From contig OZ240239.1 in the NCBI GenBank assembly GCA_965198095.1, positions 118,641 to 182,640 on the forward strand: a stretch of 64,000 nucleotides of DNA, read 5' to 3'. Of this stretch, positions 19,256 through 28,314 are shown one piece after another. Under the pieces are notes generated by a model. It saw only the letters and a program-made list of their open reading frames with translations. It was not told the origin of the DNA and did no database searches. The first letter of the stretch is position 1. Each line of letters opens with the position of its first letter. The position numbers were made by a program, and so were the translations under genes. The DNA is from Candidatus Latescibacterota bacterium. Its GTDB lineage: Bacteria; Latescibacterota; UBA2968; GCA-2709665.

Positions 19256-19530
19256 GCTCCCTCCTGTATTTGGCTTGGTTTCGATTTCCAGACTACCCTT
19301 TGACGGCTAAAGCGCCGCGTAGTCTGGATACAGCTTTCTCAGTTTGATCCGAGCATCGTTTGTCGTGAACCGCCAATGGACAGCCTTGCTTTTGTTGTTG
19401 CGATCGTTCGACCAGGCGGAAGTCTGCTCTTTGAGTCGTACGGCCGCTGATAGACGTCCAAGACATCCTCTATAGCGGCGACAAACGCGGCGTTCTGCTT
19501 GGGCGGAATCACCCAGCACGTTCTCAGGTG

Positions 19531-19660
19531 AGCTTACGTTCGCCAGCAGGAGCTGGCTCCTACCTTATGAACGGCTTGTGAATATTACCTGATTCCAAAC
19601 GCCGGTAAATCCGGTAGGAGCCGCCTCCCGGCGGCGAACACTTCACCCCGATACTCTCAA
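19531..19660. repeat. REP-like hairpin repeat (GGCTCCTACC ... CCGGTAGGAGCC family), single copy
   Basis: ..GCCAGCAGGAGCTGGCTCCTACCTTATGAACGGCTTGTGAATATTACCTGATT..CCGGTAAATCCGGTAGGAGCCGCCTCCCGGCGGCGAACACTTCACC. Same family as the units around the RAYT gene. Confidence 0.6.
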
Positions 19661-19912
19661 CCGACGGCCTAGAGCACCCGGATACTTGAGGCTTGGTGCT
19701 GTGAAATCCCCTCAATCCCTCCCTCGACGCGCAGGCTCGCTCACCTCGGTACGGCCGGGAGCCTACGCGGTGCAGGCGGGAAGGGCCTTTTTCAAAGGGG
19801 AAGGTTGCCTATTTGCTTTACGAACGACGAACAACGATCCACGATTTACTCCGCGCCTCTGCGGCGGACTATGCCTTTTCGAATCCGCAATTGAGTGGCG
19901 TTACCGGCTCTG

Positions 19913-19941
19913 CGGTACCCGTGTTTTGCTTTCCCGGTACC
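19913..19941 (-). promoter_or_regulatory. GGTACC-N16-GGTACC box (copy 3)
   Basis: CGGTACCCGTGTTTTGCTTTCCCGGTACC, just downstream of the 19949 gene stop. Preceded by ACGAACGACGAACAACGATCCACGA. Confidence 0.45.
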
Positions 19942-19948
19942 AGGCCCT

Positions 19949-21517
19949 TCATCCTCGCATGGGTAGAATCCGGTAGTTGATCTCGAGGCTCAGGTCGTGG
20001 AACACGAAGTCGGTCTCGATCCCGGAATTCCGCTTCTTGAGCATCGCCTCCACCTGGTTCCAGCCCTGACGGACCCAGTCGCCTACCCTGACATCGTACC
20101 GGAGGGCATAGTTCCCGTGATAGGCATTCGGGCCGGGGCCCACCCGGTAGTGTCGGTTCAGAGCGACGAGGGCCGTCTCGGGCAGCGCCCTGCCGTTCAG
20201 CTTGAACTCGAACTCATCCTCCGAGGTCAGAGAGACCACGATCAGCTCCAGCGTTACGGCATCCAGAATGCCTCTTCTGGCAGCGGTCTCCAGGTCATCG
20301 GCCACCCGGAAACGGACCGTGGTTCCCGATCCCTCCTGCAGCGTCACCGGCAGCTGATGCTCCCATCCCGCGAAAATCGACGTCTCGTGAGGGACCCGCT
20401 TCAAGGCATCAAAAGTACCGGCGATCACATAAAGTTTGTCCTTGAACGCCAGCGTCTCCAGATCTCCGAGTTGTGACAGCACATCCGAATCATCCACGTT
20501 GTAGGTGGTCTGGTGATGGAAGTTGAACACGTAGACGCCGTCCACCCCCTGCTGCCAGGCGTTCATCGCTCCGGCGCGCAGGGCGCCCGCGGGTGGGAGG
20601 GGATGCTGGCCGGGCCCGACCTGCTCCGACGTACAGCCCAGAACGCGGCATTCCGAGTCTTTCGCGATGTCCACAAATTCCTCGAACGGCGAATCGGTCG
20701 CGCTGTCCCAGTGGGGCGCAGGGGAGATGTAGTCCACGAGCCCCTCCGCGATCCACGTCTCCAGCTCCAGACCGATGGCGTGACACTTCTCCAGGGTGAC
20801 TGGACAACGCACACCGAAACCGAGCGGGCGGGCCCGACGGTCGCCGATACCGTTCAGCTTTGTTCTGGCCTCGCGCACGTAGGCGGTCAGGATCGAACCG
20901 TTTTCAGGGAGGTTGGGCACGCTGTGTCCTGGTTCCCGCTGAAAGTCCCACTCGAACCCGTCCACGTCATAGCGCTCGCAGGCCTCCAGCACGATCGCCA
21001 GACGATGAGCGCGCACTTCAGGGATCGCATAGTTCAGACCTGTACACCGCTCGCCGTAAACGCTTCCAGGGCCGTGCAGCCCCGAACCGCACTCATCGCC
21101 CAGCTCATACTCGGGATGCTGCGCGCGAAACTCGCTCCGCCACTCGTAGCGCGGGCCGTGCAGGTCGTTGAACCGCTTCCCAACCCAGTACTGCATCCCC
21201 GCCTCGTGGGCCGCCTCCAACGCCAGCTTCCACGGATCGATCCCCTCCGCCCACAGCCGCTTCATAATCTGCTGCTGCCGCCACTCGCTCACGAAGCCGA
21301 CCTTCTCCCGCTCGATTCCCTTGGCGCCCGGGACCTCCGAAGGCCAGAGCGGCACCGCGTCGCCGAAGCCGTACATGTGACAGACCACGGCGTCCACCTG
21401 GGTGCCGATGAAGCGCCCGACCGCTTCGTAGACGAACTCCTCGGGCGTCATCGGCGGGGCGCAGTAGAGCAGAAAGCTCCCGTCGTTGTTGTAGAAGAAC
21501 TTCGGAAAGGCCACCAT
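19949..21517 (-). CDS. GHL-family TIM-barrel glycoside-hydrolase-like protein, subfamily A
   Basis: 522 aa. MVAFPKFFYNNDGSFLLYCAPPMTPEEFVYE.., YDVDGFEWDFQREP. Tandem paralog of the 17702 gene. Confidence 0.6.
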   Translation of the reverse strand: MVAFPKFFYNNDGSFLLYCAPPMTPEEFVYEAVGRFIGTQVDAVVCHMYGFGDAVPLWPSEVPGAKGIEREKVGFVSEWRQQQIMKRLWAEGIDPWKLALEAAHEAGMQYWVGKRFNDLHGPRYEWRSEFRAQHPEYELGDECGSGLHGPGSVYGERCTGLNYAIPEVRAHRLAIVLEACERYDVDGFEWDFQREPGHSVPNLPENGSILTAYVREARTKLNGIGDRRARPLGFGVRCPVTLEKCHAIGLELETWIAEGLVDYISPAPHWDSATDSPFEEFVDIAKDSECRVLGCTSEQVGPGQHPLPPAGALRAGAMNAWQQGVDGVYVFNFHHQTTYNVDDSDVLSQLGDLETLAFKDKLYVIAGTFDALKRVPHETSIFAGWEHQLPVTLQEGSGTTVRFRVADDLETAARRGILDAVTLELIVVSLTSEDEFEFKLNGRALPETALVALNRHYRVGPGPNAYHGNYALRYDVRVGDWVRQGWNQVEAMLKKRNSGIETDFVFHDLSLEINYRILPMRG

Positions 21518-21721
21518 TTCCTCCCAAGGTAAATTTCGCCGTCCGGAGACGGCTTTCGGTTGACAGAGACGGCCGCCGTGATCGGATTCGTCGCCGTCTG
21601 GAGACGGATCCTACCATATGAATAGACGTCTGAAACGGTTCAACAACGAACCCACGGTACTCCTGTTCTGATTCCCGGGTGCTCGCCTTCACGATCCACG
21701 AACAACGGTTTTTACGATCCC

Positions 21722-21751
21722 CGGTACCCGTGTTTTGCTTTCCCGGTACCC
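21722..21751 (-). promoter_or_regulatory. GGTACC-N16-GGTACC box (copy 4)
   Basis: CGGTACCCGTGTTTTGCTTTCCCGGTACCC, ~205 bp upstream of the 21517 start. Preceded by ..CACGATCCACGAACAACGGTTTTTACGATCC. Confidence 0.5.
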
Positions 21752-21768
21752 GAACTAAGCCCTGCTTC

Positions 21769-24243
21769 TCACGATGCCACCCTGAACGCGTATAGCCTCG
21801 CCCCTTCCAGCACCACCTTCAGCCGGACCACCCGCCGGTATACTTCCTCCAGCCGCACCCGCTTCCATCGCACCTCGTGGGCCACGCGGTCTCCCGAGAA
21901 TGGAATACAGTCATCCAGACCCAGCTCCGGAAACAGATTGCCCTCCGCATCCTGCACCTCCACGCGGATGCTGCCGCCCGGGTCGGTCTGTCCGTTCAGG
22001 AGCAGGCGACTCCCTTCCACGACGAGGGGCAGCGTCGTGAACGTTCCTTTGGATCGGATCGGTTCCACGTGCGCGAGCCTGCCCGCCTTGCACTTCGCCA
22101 GGCCGGGCACGACACGGTGCCGCTTCGTCTCCTCGAAAAAGTCCTCCCAGCTCGTGAAAAAGGGCGCGAGCTCGAAGTAGGGGAGCTTGGCCTTGAACGC
22201 TTCCAGCGTGTCGGCAGTGAGATACCCGCCCAGCATATAACGCGTATTTGTCCCCCCGAAGGGGAACCACCACTCCTCTTCCCCGTCGGCGTTCGTGATC
22301 GGCGTGTATTCATTCAGACCGCTGGAGCTGGTATTCCAGCTCCCTATGGGTCCGTTTTCCAGAAGGGGCTTTCGATTCGCCCCGAACTTGCTCCAGTGGA
22401 TCAGGTCCCGGCTCCACAGCAGGTGCTGCCGGTTCTGCTGTGTCGAAAAGTCCCAGTTCAGCAGCGCACCCAGATAGAGCTGGCCGTCCGTGTCGCTCAG
22501 TTCCTTCCCCTCCGGCCTCAGAAACCCGAACCCGTAGAGGGTCGTACCGGGTGGATCGTGTTCGTCCGGTACCGTCTGGTGACGCCGTTCCCAGTTGAAC
22601 CCGTCCCGCGTCCACATCACGGCGCGCGTGCGGATGGCCGCCACGCTGTGCCAGAGGTAAAAGGGCAGCCCCGTGGGCGGATAGGCCGGCGCGTCCGGCC
22701 GGTAGTAATAGAAGAAGGTCTTGCTCTTCCGATCGTAAAACGTGGCCGTGGACCGGCCGCCGGCCTGGAAGAGCGCAAACGGTTCTCCCTCGAACGGATA
22801 GGTGGACGCTCGCTCGTTCGTAGACGTGAGCCTCATGCCGCGCGCGCCGGTCAGGACGGGCCGTCTCGTCAGGGCAAGGAAGGTGTCTCCCCGCCGCTCG
22901 AAGCCCCAGAACTCCCGGTGCTTCGGTTTGAATCCACCCAGGAACTGCTTCGCCGCCTCCATGTTGGCCTTCAGGAAGACCCGGAACACGAAGTTGTCCA
23001 TATCTATCGGTCCGTCCTTCTTGGGATCGTAGAACCGGTAGCGGTACTTCCTCGGAAACGGACGCTCCTTCACGAACGCCGGAAAGCTGTCGAACTCTCC
23101 CGACAACAGGAAATCTTCACCAGACTTGTCCCTCAGAATATTGTTGTTCTTGGATCCCTTGTAGTCCACGATGCCCAGGTCCGGCTTCTCCCACGTCACC
23201 CCATCGTTCGAAACCGTGAGACACAGATACCGGATCGAATACGCCGTGATCGTCGATCGCACACCCATCTTCCACAGCCGTTCGTCCTCGGTAAGCGGAC
23301 CGGCGTAATAGGTGGCGCGAAATTGTCTCGCTTCTTTGTCATACGAGAAAGAGTTGATCTGCAGCTGATCAGGCCCCTCCTCCCAGGGGCGGTCGAGCAC
23401 CGCGATCGGCCCGTCCGACAGGACCTCCAGCTGGTCGGGCGCGTGCTGGAGCCCGGAGGAGGATCCGCAGATCCAGCCGTCCACCATGTACTGGGGCATC
23501 TGCCCGACTCTCAGCGGATTCAACGGGCGCTTCGGCTTGTTGGGCGTCTCCAGGTTGATCTGGCGCACCATGTAGGGCCCCACCGCCTTGCCGCCCTGCT
23601 GGGCCCTCACGCGAAGCCAGAACTCCCCGCGTCCCCATCCCGCCCCGTCGAACGTACACCGCCGTACCTGGCCGTTCAGTTTCAAATCCAGAGGGCCCGC
23701 GAGGCGCTTGTGTCCCTTCGGGTCCACCACATCCACCTTCACCGAGCAGGTCTCTACGCGATCGGGCAGCGTCCGGATCGTGAAGGCCACCTCGGTCTTG
23801 TCGATAAACGCGGCCCGCTCCGGACAACACTCGATGAACTGCCGGAGCGAGTCCACCTGCCCCAGCTTCATCCCGCCGATATCCCCGAAGAAATCGTTCG
23901 CGTCCAGCCTCAGGACGCCCGATCCCACCCGCCTCCCGCCCGCCCTCAGCGTGAGGTCGAACCTGTAGCCACCCAGCGCCCACATCGCTCTCCCCTCGGA
24001 ATCGGTGGCCAGGCTCGGACCATACCGCCCTTCGTCCACGAGCGGATACGTGATCACGACCTCACCGCGGTCGCCCACCCGTTCGGCGTTACCGGTCAGC
24101 TCCTGTTCGAACCCATAGGGCTGCGTCACCTGGACGGTGGCTCGAACAGCCCCCGATTTGAGCCCTGAAGGCCAGCGAAACGTCAGCGCCTGCCTGAAGT
24201 AGCCCCTGTGCTCGAGCTTCAGCCTCAATCTTGACCCATTCAT
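21769..24243 (-). CDS. beta-propeller glycoside-hydrolase-like protein with ~300-aa N-terminal extension and C-terminal beta-sandwich (LYAFRV family)
   Basis: 824 aa. Middle region has repeated S-x-DG-x-x-W/F blade-like motifs (VSNDGVTWEKPDLG). C-terminus ..PFSGDRVAHEVRWKR..ARLYAFRVAS is homologous to the C-termini of the 51668, 61192 and 62794 proteins. Confidence 0.55.
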   Translation of the reverse strand: MNGSRLRLKLEHRGYFRQALTFRWPSGLKSGAVRATVQVTQPYGFEQELTGNAERVGDRGEVVITYPLVDEGRYGPSLATDSEGRAMWALGGYRFDLTLRAGGRRVGSGVLRLDANDFFGDIGGMKLGQVDSLRQFIECCPERAAFIDKTEVAFTIRTLPDRVETCSVKVDVVDPKGHKRLAGPLDLKLNGQVRRCTFDGAGWGRGEFWLRVRAQQGGKAVGPYMVRQINLETPNKPKRPLNPLRVGQMPQYMVDGWICGSSSGLQHAPDQLEVLSDGPIAVLDRPWEEGPDQLQINSFSYDKEARQFRATYYAGPLTEDERLWKMGVRSTITAYSIRYLCLTVSNDGVTWEKPDLGIVDYKGSKNNNILRDKSGEDFLLSGEFDSFPAFVKERPFPRKYRYRFYDPKKDGPIDMDNFVFRVFLKANMEAAKQFLGGFKPKHREFWGFERRGDTFLALTRRPVLTGARGMRLTSTNERASTYPFEGEPFALFQAGGRSTATFYDRKSKTFFYYYRPDAPAYPPTGLPFYLWHSVAAIRTRAVMWTRDGFNWERRHQTVPDEHDPPGTTLYGFGFLRPEGKELSDTDGQLYLGALLNWDFSTQQNRQHLLWSRDLIHWSKFGANRKPLLENGPIGSWNTSSSGLNEYTPITNADGEEEWWFPFGGTNTRYMLGGYLTADTLEAFKAKLPYFELAPFFTSWEDFFEETKRHRVVPGLAKCKAGRLAHVEPIRSKGTFTTLPLVVEGSRLLLNGQTDPGGSIRVEVQDAEGNLFPELGLDDCIPFSGDRVAHEVRWKRVRLEEVYRRVVRLKVVLEGARLYAFRVAS

Positions 24244-24754
24244 GACGCTTTCTTCCTCCTCCTTGCGCCGTCGCGATGACGCCGTGGGCGTACAAACAGG
24301 TGATGAGATTCGGTCCTTACGATCCGAGATTCACCGGGGTGAACGACGCCCGCCGTGACTCCTGCAGGAGTTTCAGGACTTGCCTCTCCCTCCACAGCAC
24401 CTGTACATATTGAGAGCCGCGCTGCTTATGCAGGCGGCTCGCCATAGACCGCTCCTCCGCCGTTGGATCGCGCCGTTTGCGGCTGCCGGCGAGGGCCAAG
24501 ATACGGTCTGAAAATCAGGCCGTCAACCGAAAAAATTGCGCCGGATGACCCCTCCCCCGGCCACGCCCGGCCCTCAGCGCGAGAATGAAATGTCCGTGCC
24601 GAGAGAATCGGGACGTCCCGCTCTGTCGGACTCGTCTACAGACTCATCCGATGCAAGCCAACAAATCGACTCGTCTTTCGGGTGCCGCTGTCGTCGGCTA
24701 CGCTTTCCTAAAGTCACGTTACGGGACTTCGCGCAGTTTCGTAATATAAGACAA

Positions 24755-24782
24755 GCCGCCCGGAGCAATTGCTCCGGGCGGC
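24755..24782 (-). terminator. intrinsic-terminator-like hairpin after the FadL-like outer-membrane protein gene
   Basis: Perfect stem GCCGCCCGGAGC aatt GCTCCGGGCGGC. On the minus strand it is followed by UUGUCUUAUAUU. Confidence 0.55.
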
Positions 24783-24841
24783 CGCCTTATCCTTCGACTT
24801 CGACGCACCCGATCTCTCACCGGGTGCCTGCTCTGTCCGCT

Positions 24842-25888
24842 TTAGAAGGACCCGCTCACCGTAAACCGGATCGGCTTGTGGTCGAGCAGTTCATCCAGCT
24901 CAGAATACGACACGTCGGCCATGATGCTCCGACTACCGCCGAACGTGCCCTTGACACCCGCGCCCACGCTCCAGCTCTGAGCATCATACTTGAACCGGTT
25001 CCCGGCGCGCAGGGCGAGCATGTTGTTGAACCACAGCTCCGCGCCCACGTGATACCGCTGCCAGGAGTCTGTGTGATAGGCGCCCTCGAAGGCCACCGTC
25101 ACATACGTCGGGTCGCCTATGTTGCCCATCACCTCCCCGGCCAGGCCGAGGTTGAAGATCACGGGCTGAGACGACTCGAAGATGTCGATCGCGCTGACGT
25201 CGTTCCCCAGGTTCTTGATGCCCATGCCGATCCTCAGACTCTCGAACCCCGTGTGCATCAGCGTGCCCGCGCTCAGCAGCACCGCGGTGACCTCTTCGTC
25301 CAGACCCAGCTCGGACTTCACGTAACGCAGCTGGACGCCCGCCCCCAACTTGTCGGTCATCTGATAGGCATAGTGAAAACCGATGCCCGTGTCGCCCAGA
25401 TCCAGCATCTGACCCGTGCCTTCCGGGGCCAGGGACGTGGTCTGCTCGACGTCCGGAAAGCTCAGCGTGATCACCGAAAGCCCGACCACGCCGATCGGGG
25501 TGTTGACCGCAACGGCGCCCGTGCGGTAATCCATCTCGCCGAACCACCGCATCCCGCCGAACGACCACCCGAAGTTCTCGATGCCGGCGATCCCGGCCGG
25601 GTTGTAGTAGATCGCGTCCATCCCGTCCGCCACCGCCGTGAAGGCCTCACCCATCGACTCCAGTCGGGCCGTGGGCGCGATCTTCAGGAAGTGGAACGTG
25701 GACGGATTCTGCTTCGTAAAGCGATCGAAGTCCGACAACGTCTCGTCCGAGAGCGACGCCTTCGGATCGAAGGGGATGTCCTGGAAGTCTGTCGTTACGA
25801 TTTCGGCCTGGGCCCATGCCGGGGCAGATGCAAACGGGAGAGCCGCAGCCAGCGCCAGGACGGTTAGCGTGCATACAATCCATTTCAT
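24842..25888 (-). CDS. outer-membrane beta-barrel protein, FadL/PorV-like
   Basis: 348 aa. N-terminal signal peptide (MKWIVCTLTVLALAAALPFASAPAWAQA). YYNPAGIA (NPA-type hatch motif). Alternating amphipathic strands. C-terminal Phe (..FTVSGSF). Confidence 0.5.
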   Translation of the reverse strand: MKWIVCTLTVLALAAALPFASAPAWAQAEIVTTDFQDIPFDPKASLSDETLSDFDRFTKQNPSTFHFLKIAPTARLESMGEAFTAVADGMDAIYYNPAGIAGIENFGWSFGGMRWFGEMDYRTGAVAVNTPIGVVGLSVITLSFPDVEQTTSLAPEGTGQMLDLGDTGIGFHYAYQMTDKLGAGVQLRYVKSELGLDEEVTAVLLSAGTLMHTGFESLRIGMGIKNLGNDVSAIDIFESSQPVIFNLGLAGEVMGNIGDPTYVTVAFEGAYHTDSWQRYHVGAELWFNNMLALRAGNRFKYDAQSWSVGAGVKGTFGGSRSIMADVSYSELDELLDHKPIRFTVSGSF

Positions 25889-25928
25889 AGCGTGTTTCCC
25901 TTTATGAATGAGGTTGTTCTCGTCCGTC

Positions 25929-28280
25929 CTACCTGTGGATGACCAGGTAACCGCTCTGCGTCTTCCCGCGGTTTGAGGGAAGCAGGCTCTCCACCACCCA
26001 GTAGTAGACCCCCGTCATCAGCTCGCTGGTGAGTGTAGCGTTCTTCAGCGTGAATTTGGCCTCGCCGGAGGTGCTATTTCTGTGGTAGAGCGTCGAGACC
26101 AGGTCGCCGCCCACGCTGAAGATCGAGATCTTGGCCTGGGTGGGAACGCCCACGAACCGCATCTTGAGCGCCCCGGCGTAGCTCTGGTCGTCCGCCCGGA
26201 TGTTCAGCGGGTTGGGGACCACGCGGATCTGAGTCTCCAGCGCGTCGGCGGCCGCCGTCGGAGGCTGGCTCGGCACAAAATCTTTCAGCGTCCTCTGCTC
26301 GGGTGCCGAATAGCCGCCCTCCATCCCGCCGGTCACGTGAGACGACATCTGCGCGGGCAGATCCGCAAGGGTCTTTGACCCCTCGCTCCAGTCCGACTTC
26401 GCAGAGGCCACGGCCCGCACGTTGTAGAAGTTGGCGAACCCGGCCAGGGACTCCGAATCCGTCCAGGCGTAGGAGGTGCCCGCCCCGGTGGCCGCGACCT
26501 CCTCCTTCAGGATCCAGGGTCCATATTCCGCATAGACCGACTGGTAGACCCGGTAGGCCGTCACGTCGGTCGTCCCGTAGTCAGGATTGATCGCGCTTTC
26601 AGGCGCGCCGGTCCATTCGACCAGGTTTTGAGCCGAATCGCTGTTCTTCACCGTGAAATCGACATCGGGCGGTGTGTTGGGGATCTGCCACTCGTTCGAG
26701 TAGGCGAACAGCGCGTGGCTGATGTTCGTCCACAGCCCTTCGTGGCCCTTGGCCAGCTCGGCATTGCGGAACGCGTCGTCCGTCCCCTTCGACCCGACCG
26801 TGTTCATCGCCCAGCCTGTCGGGTCTATAGGATATCCCGTCTGGGAGTTGATCGTGACGTGGGAGCCGGTGCCCACCACATTCGCCATCACCAGCTTCAC
26901 CTGGTCCCCCGGGTCCATCGTGTAGGGCCCATACAGCAGGTCGACGAAGCCCAGCTCCACTTGCGAAGGCGGCGCGTGGGAAGCCGCCGTCCAGGCGTCG
27001 TAGCGGTCGGCGTTTGAGACCGGGCCTAATCCATCCGCCGGGTCCACGACATCGTTCCCGGACTCTTGCTTCCAGAAGTGCCAGAGCGGCTCTCCCGCGG
27101 GCTCCACATACCCCGCGGCCGCGTCCGCCGCGTTCCAGGCCCCGGTGCCGCTGCTCCTCCAGGCCAGGGCGCCGTACCCGACGTAGTCCGGAGAAAGCGG
27201 CATGCCGTTCGGCCGTAGGCTCGCGTTCAGCCAGCTCGGGTCGACGCAGGCAGCAAGGATGCAGACCTCCGCAATGAACGGGTCGCCCGTGTCGTCGTCA
27301 GGCGTCAACGGGAGGTCCCCGTCCCACTGCACGTGCCAGTTCCGCCCGACAAGATTGGCGTTGCCTTTGAACCCGGCGGCCTCGGAGTAGTCGATCCACT
27401 CGTCCGAATCATCGTCTCTGAAATAGTGCCGGCCGCCGTGGTAGCCGAAGCGGGAGGTGTTGCCGGTCTGGTTGATGTTGAAGCCGTTGATTCCCCCGAA
27501 GTAGGCCCCCGTGATCTGCGAGTCGGAGGTGTTCGTCCAGACCAGCTCGTGGACGAGCATGTCGTCCAGGTCCTGGTTGCTCCAGGCCAGCACTCTCCGC
27601 TTGGCCGTGAGCACGTTGGACCCGCCGTGCTCGTTCGACTCCCACTCCGAGATCATGATCGTCTCGGCCGTATTCTGCAAAGGCGAGTAGATCCCGTAGT
27701 CGTAGTTGTGGATCTCATACGGGTGCTGGGTCGTCGGATCGCCGGATAGCGGCACCGCCCCCGGCCACCAGTTGGACGTGCTCTCTCCGGGTTTCTTAGC
27801 ATCGGATTTACTCGACTTCGTGTTGATGCCCCAGGTCGCCTCGGGGCTGTTCTCGATATCGTAGGTGTGGGGGAGGACCTCCGGGGTGGTCTGCCGCGGC
27901 CCCGTAAAGGAGGCATACTTTTCGCCCCCCACCTGTGTCAGCGAGATCAGGCCCTCGCTCACAGAAAACATCGTGCCCTCGTAGGCCCCGCAGTGCCCCG
28001 TTGGCTTGACACTCCAGTACCAGTCCACCTGAGGGGCCGCGCACGAGCTCGCCGGGGTGCCCGGGAAGCTCAGCATCCACATCCCCCGGTTGCCCTTCCC
28101 TGGGAAGGCCGAGCTGGTGACGCCGTTGTTCGCGAACCCGTTCCAGACGTTTGCCCGGTCCAGGTTGCGCCTCGAGGTCATCATGTTGATCTGGGCGGAG
28201 GCGCTGAACGTGTCTGCGGCAAGCAACGCAGCCGCAGCCAAGCCGAGCACCGCCCATCTCTTCAACTGATTACCGAACAT
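25929..28280 (-). CDS. secreted protein with probable C-terminal T9SS sorting domain (function unknown)
   Basis: Start refined to MFGNQLKRWAVLGLAAAALLAADTFSASAQ (signal peptide; AAGGAG Shine-Dalgarno). The last ~70 aa (AKISIFSVGGDLVSTLYHRN...TGVYYWVVESL..GYLVIHR) fit the T9SS C-terminal domain pattern. ORF track 25929..28334. Confidence 0.5.
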   Translation of the reverse strand: MFGNQLKRWAVLGLAAAALLAADTFSASAQINMMTSRRNLDRANVWNGFANNGVTSSAFPGKGNRGMWMLSFPGTPASSCAAPQVDWYWSVKPTGHCGAYEGTMFSVSEGLISLTQVGGEKYASFTGPRQTTPEVLPHTYDIENSPEATWGINTKSSKSDAKKPGESTSNWWPGAVPLSGDPTTQHPYEIHNYDYGIYSPLQNTAETIMISEWESNEHGGSNVLTAKRRVLAWSNQDLDDMLVHELVWTNTSDSQITGAYFGGINGFNINQTGNTSRFGYHGGRHYFRDDDSDEWIDYSEAAGFKGNANLVGRNWHVQWDGDLPLTPDDDTGDPFIAEVCILAACVDPSWLNASLRPNGMPLSPDYVGYGALAWRSSGTGAWNAADAAAGYVEPAGEPLWHFWKQESGNDVVDPADGLGPVSNADRYDAWTAASHAPPSQVELGFVDLLYGPYTMDPGDQVKLVMANVVGTGSHVTINSQTGYPIDPTGWAMNTVGSKGTDDAFRNAELAKGHEGLWTNISHALFAYSNEWQIPNTPPDVDFTVKNSDSAQNLVEWTGAPESAINPDYGTTDVTAYRVYQSVYAEYGPWILKEEVAATGAGTSYAWTDSESLAGFANFYNVRAVASAKSDWSEGSKTLADLPAQMSSHVTGGMEGGYSAPEQRTLKDFVPSQPPTAAADALETQIRVVPNPLNIRADDQSYAGALKMRFVGVPTQAKISIFSVGGDLVSTLYHRNSTSGEAKFTLKNATLTSELMTGVYYWVVESLLPSNRGKTQSGYLVIHR

Positions 28281-28314
28281 GGGTAAGACTCCTTCTGTGT
28301 GAATGCGCTGCCAT

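Noticed and set aside
24574-24768. Small ORFs 24574..24768(-) and 31776..32102(-) inside the two copies of the 240-bp conserved element, considered as conserved small proteins
   Set aside because: The nucleotide conservation is not in a common reading frame. The translations share only a chance LRAAC pentapeptide.
25929-28280. Calling the 784-aa secreted protein a SusD-like partner of the TonB receptor
   Set aside because: It is too long and is not a lipoprotein (it has a signal peptidase I-type signal and no lipobox). It lacks tetratricopeptide (TPR)-like SusD features and instead ends in a T9SS-type sorting domain.
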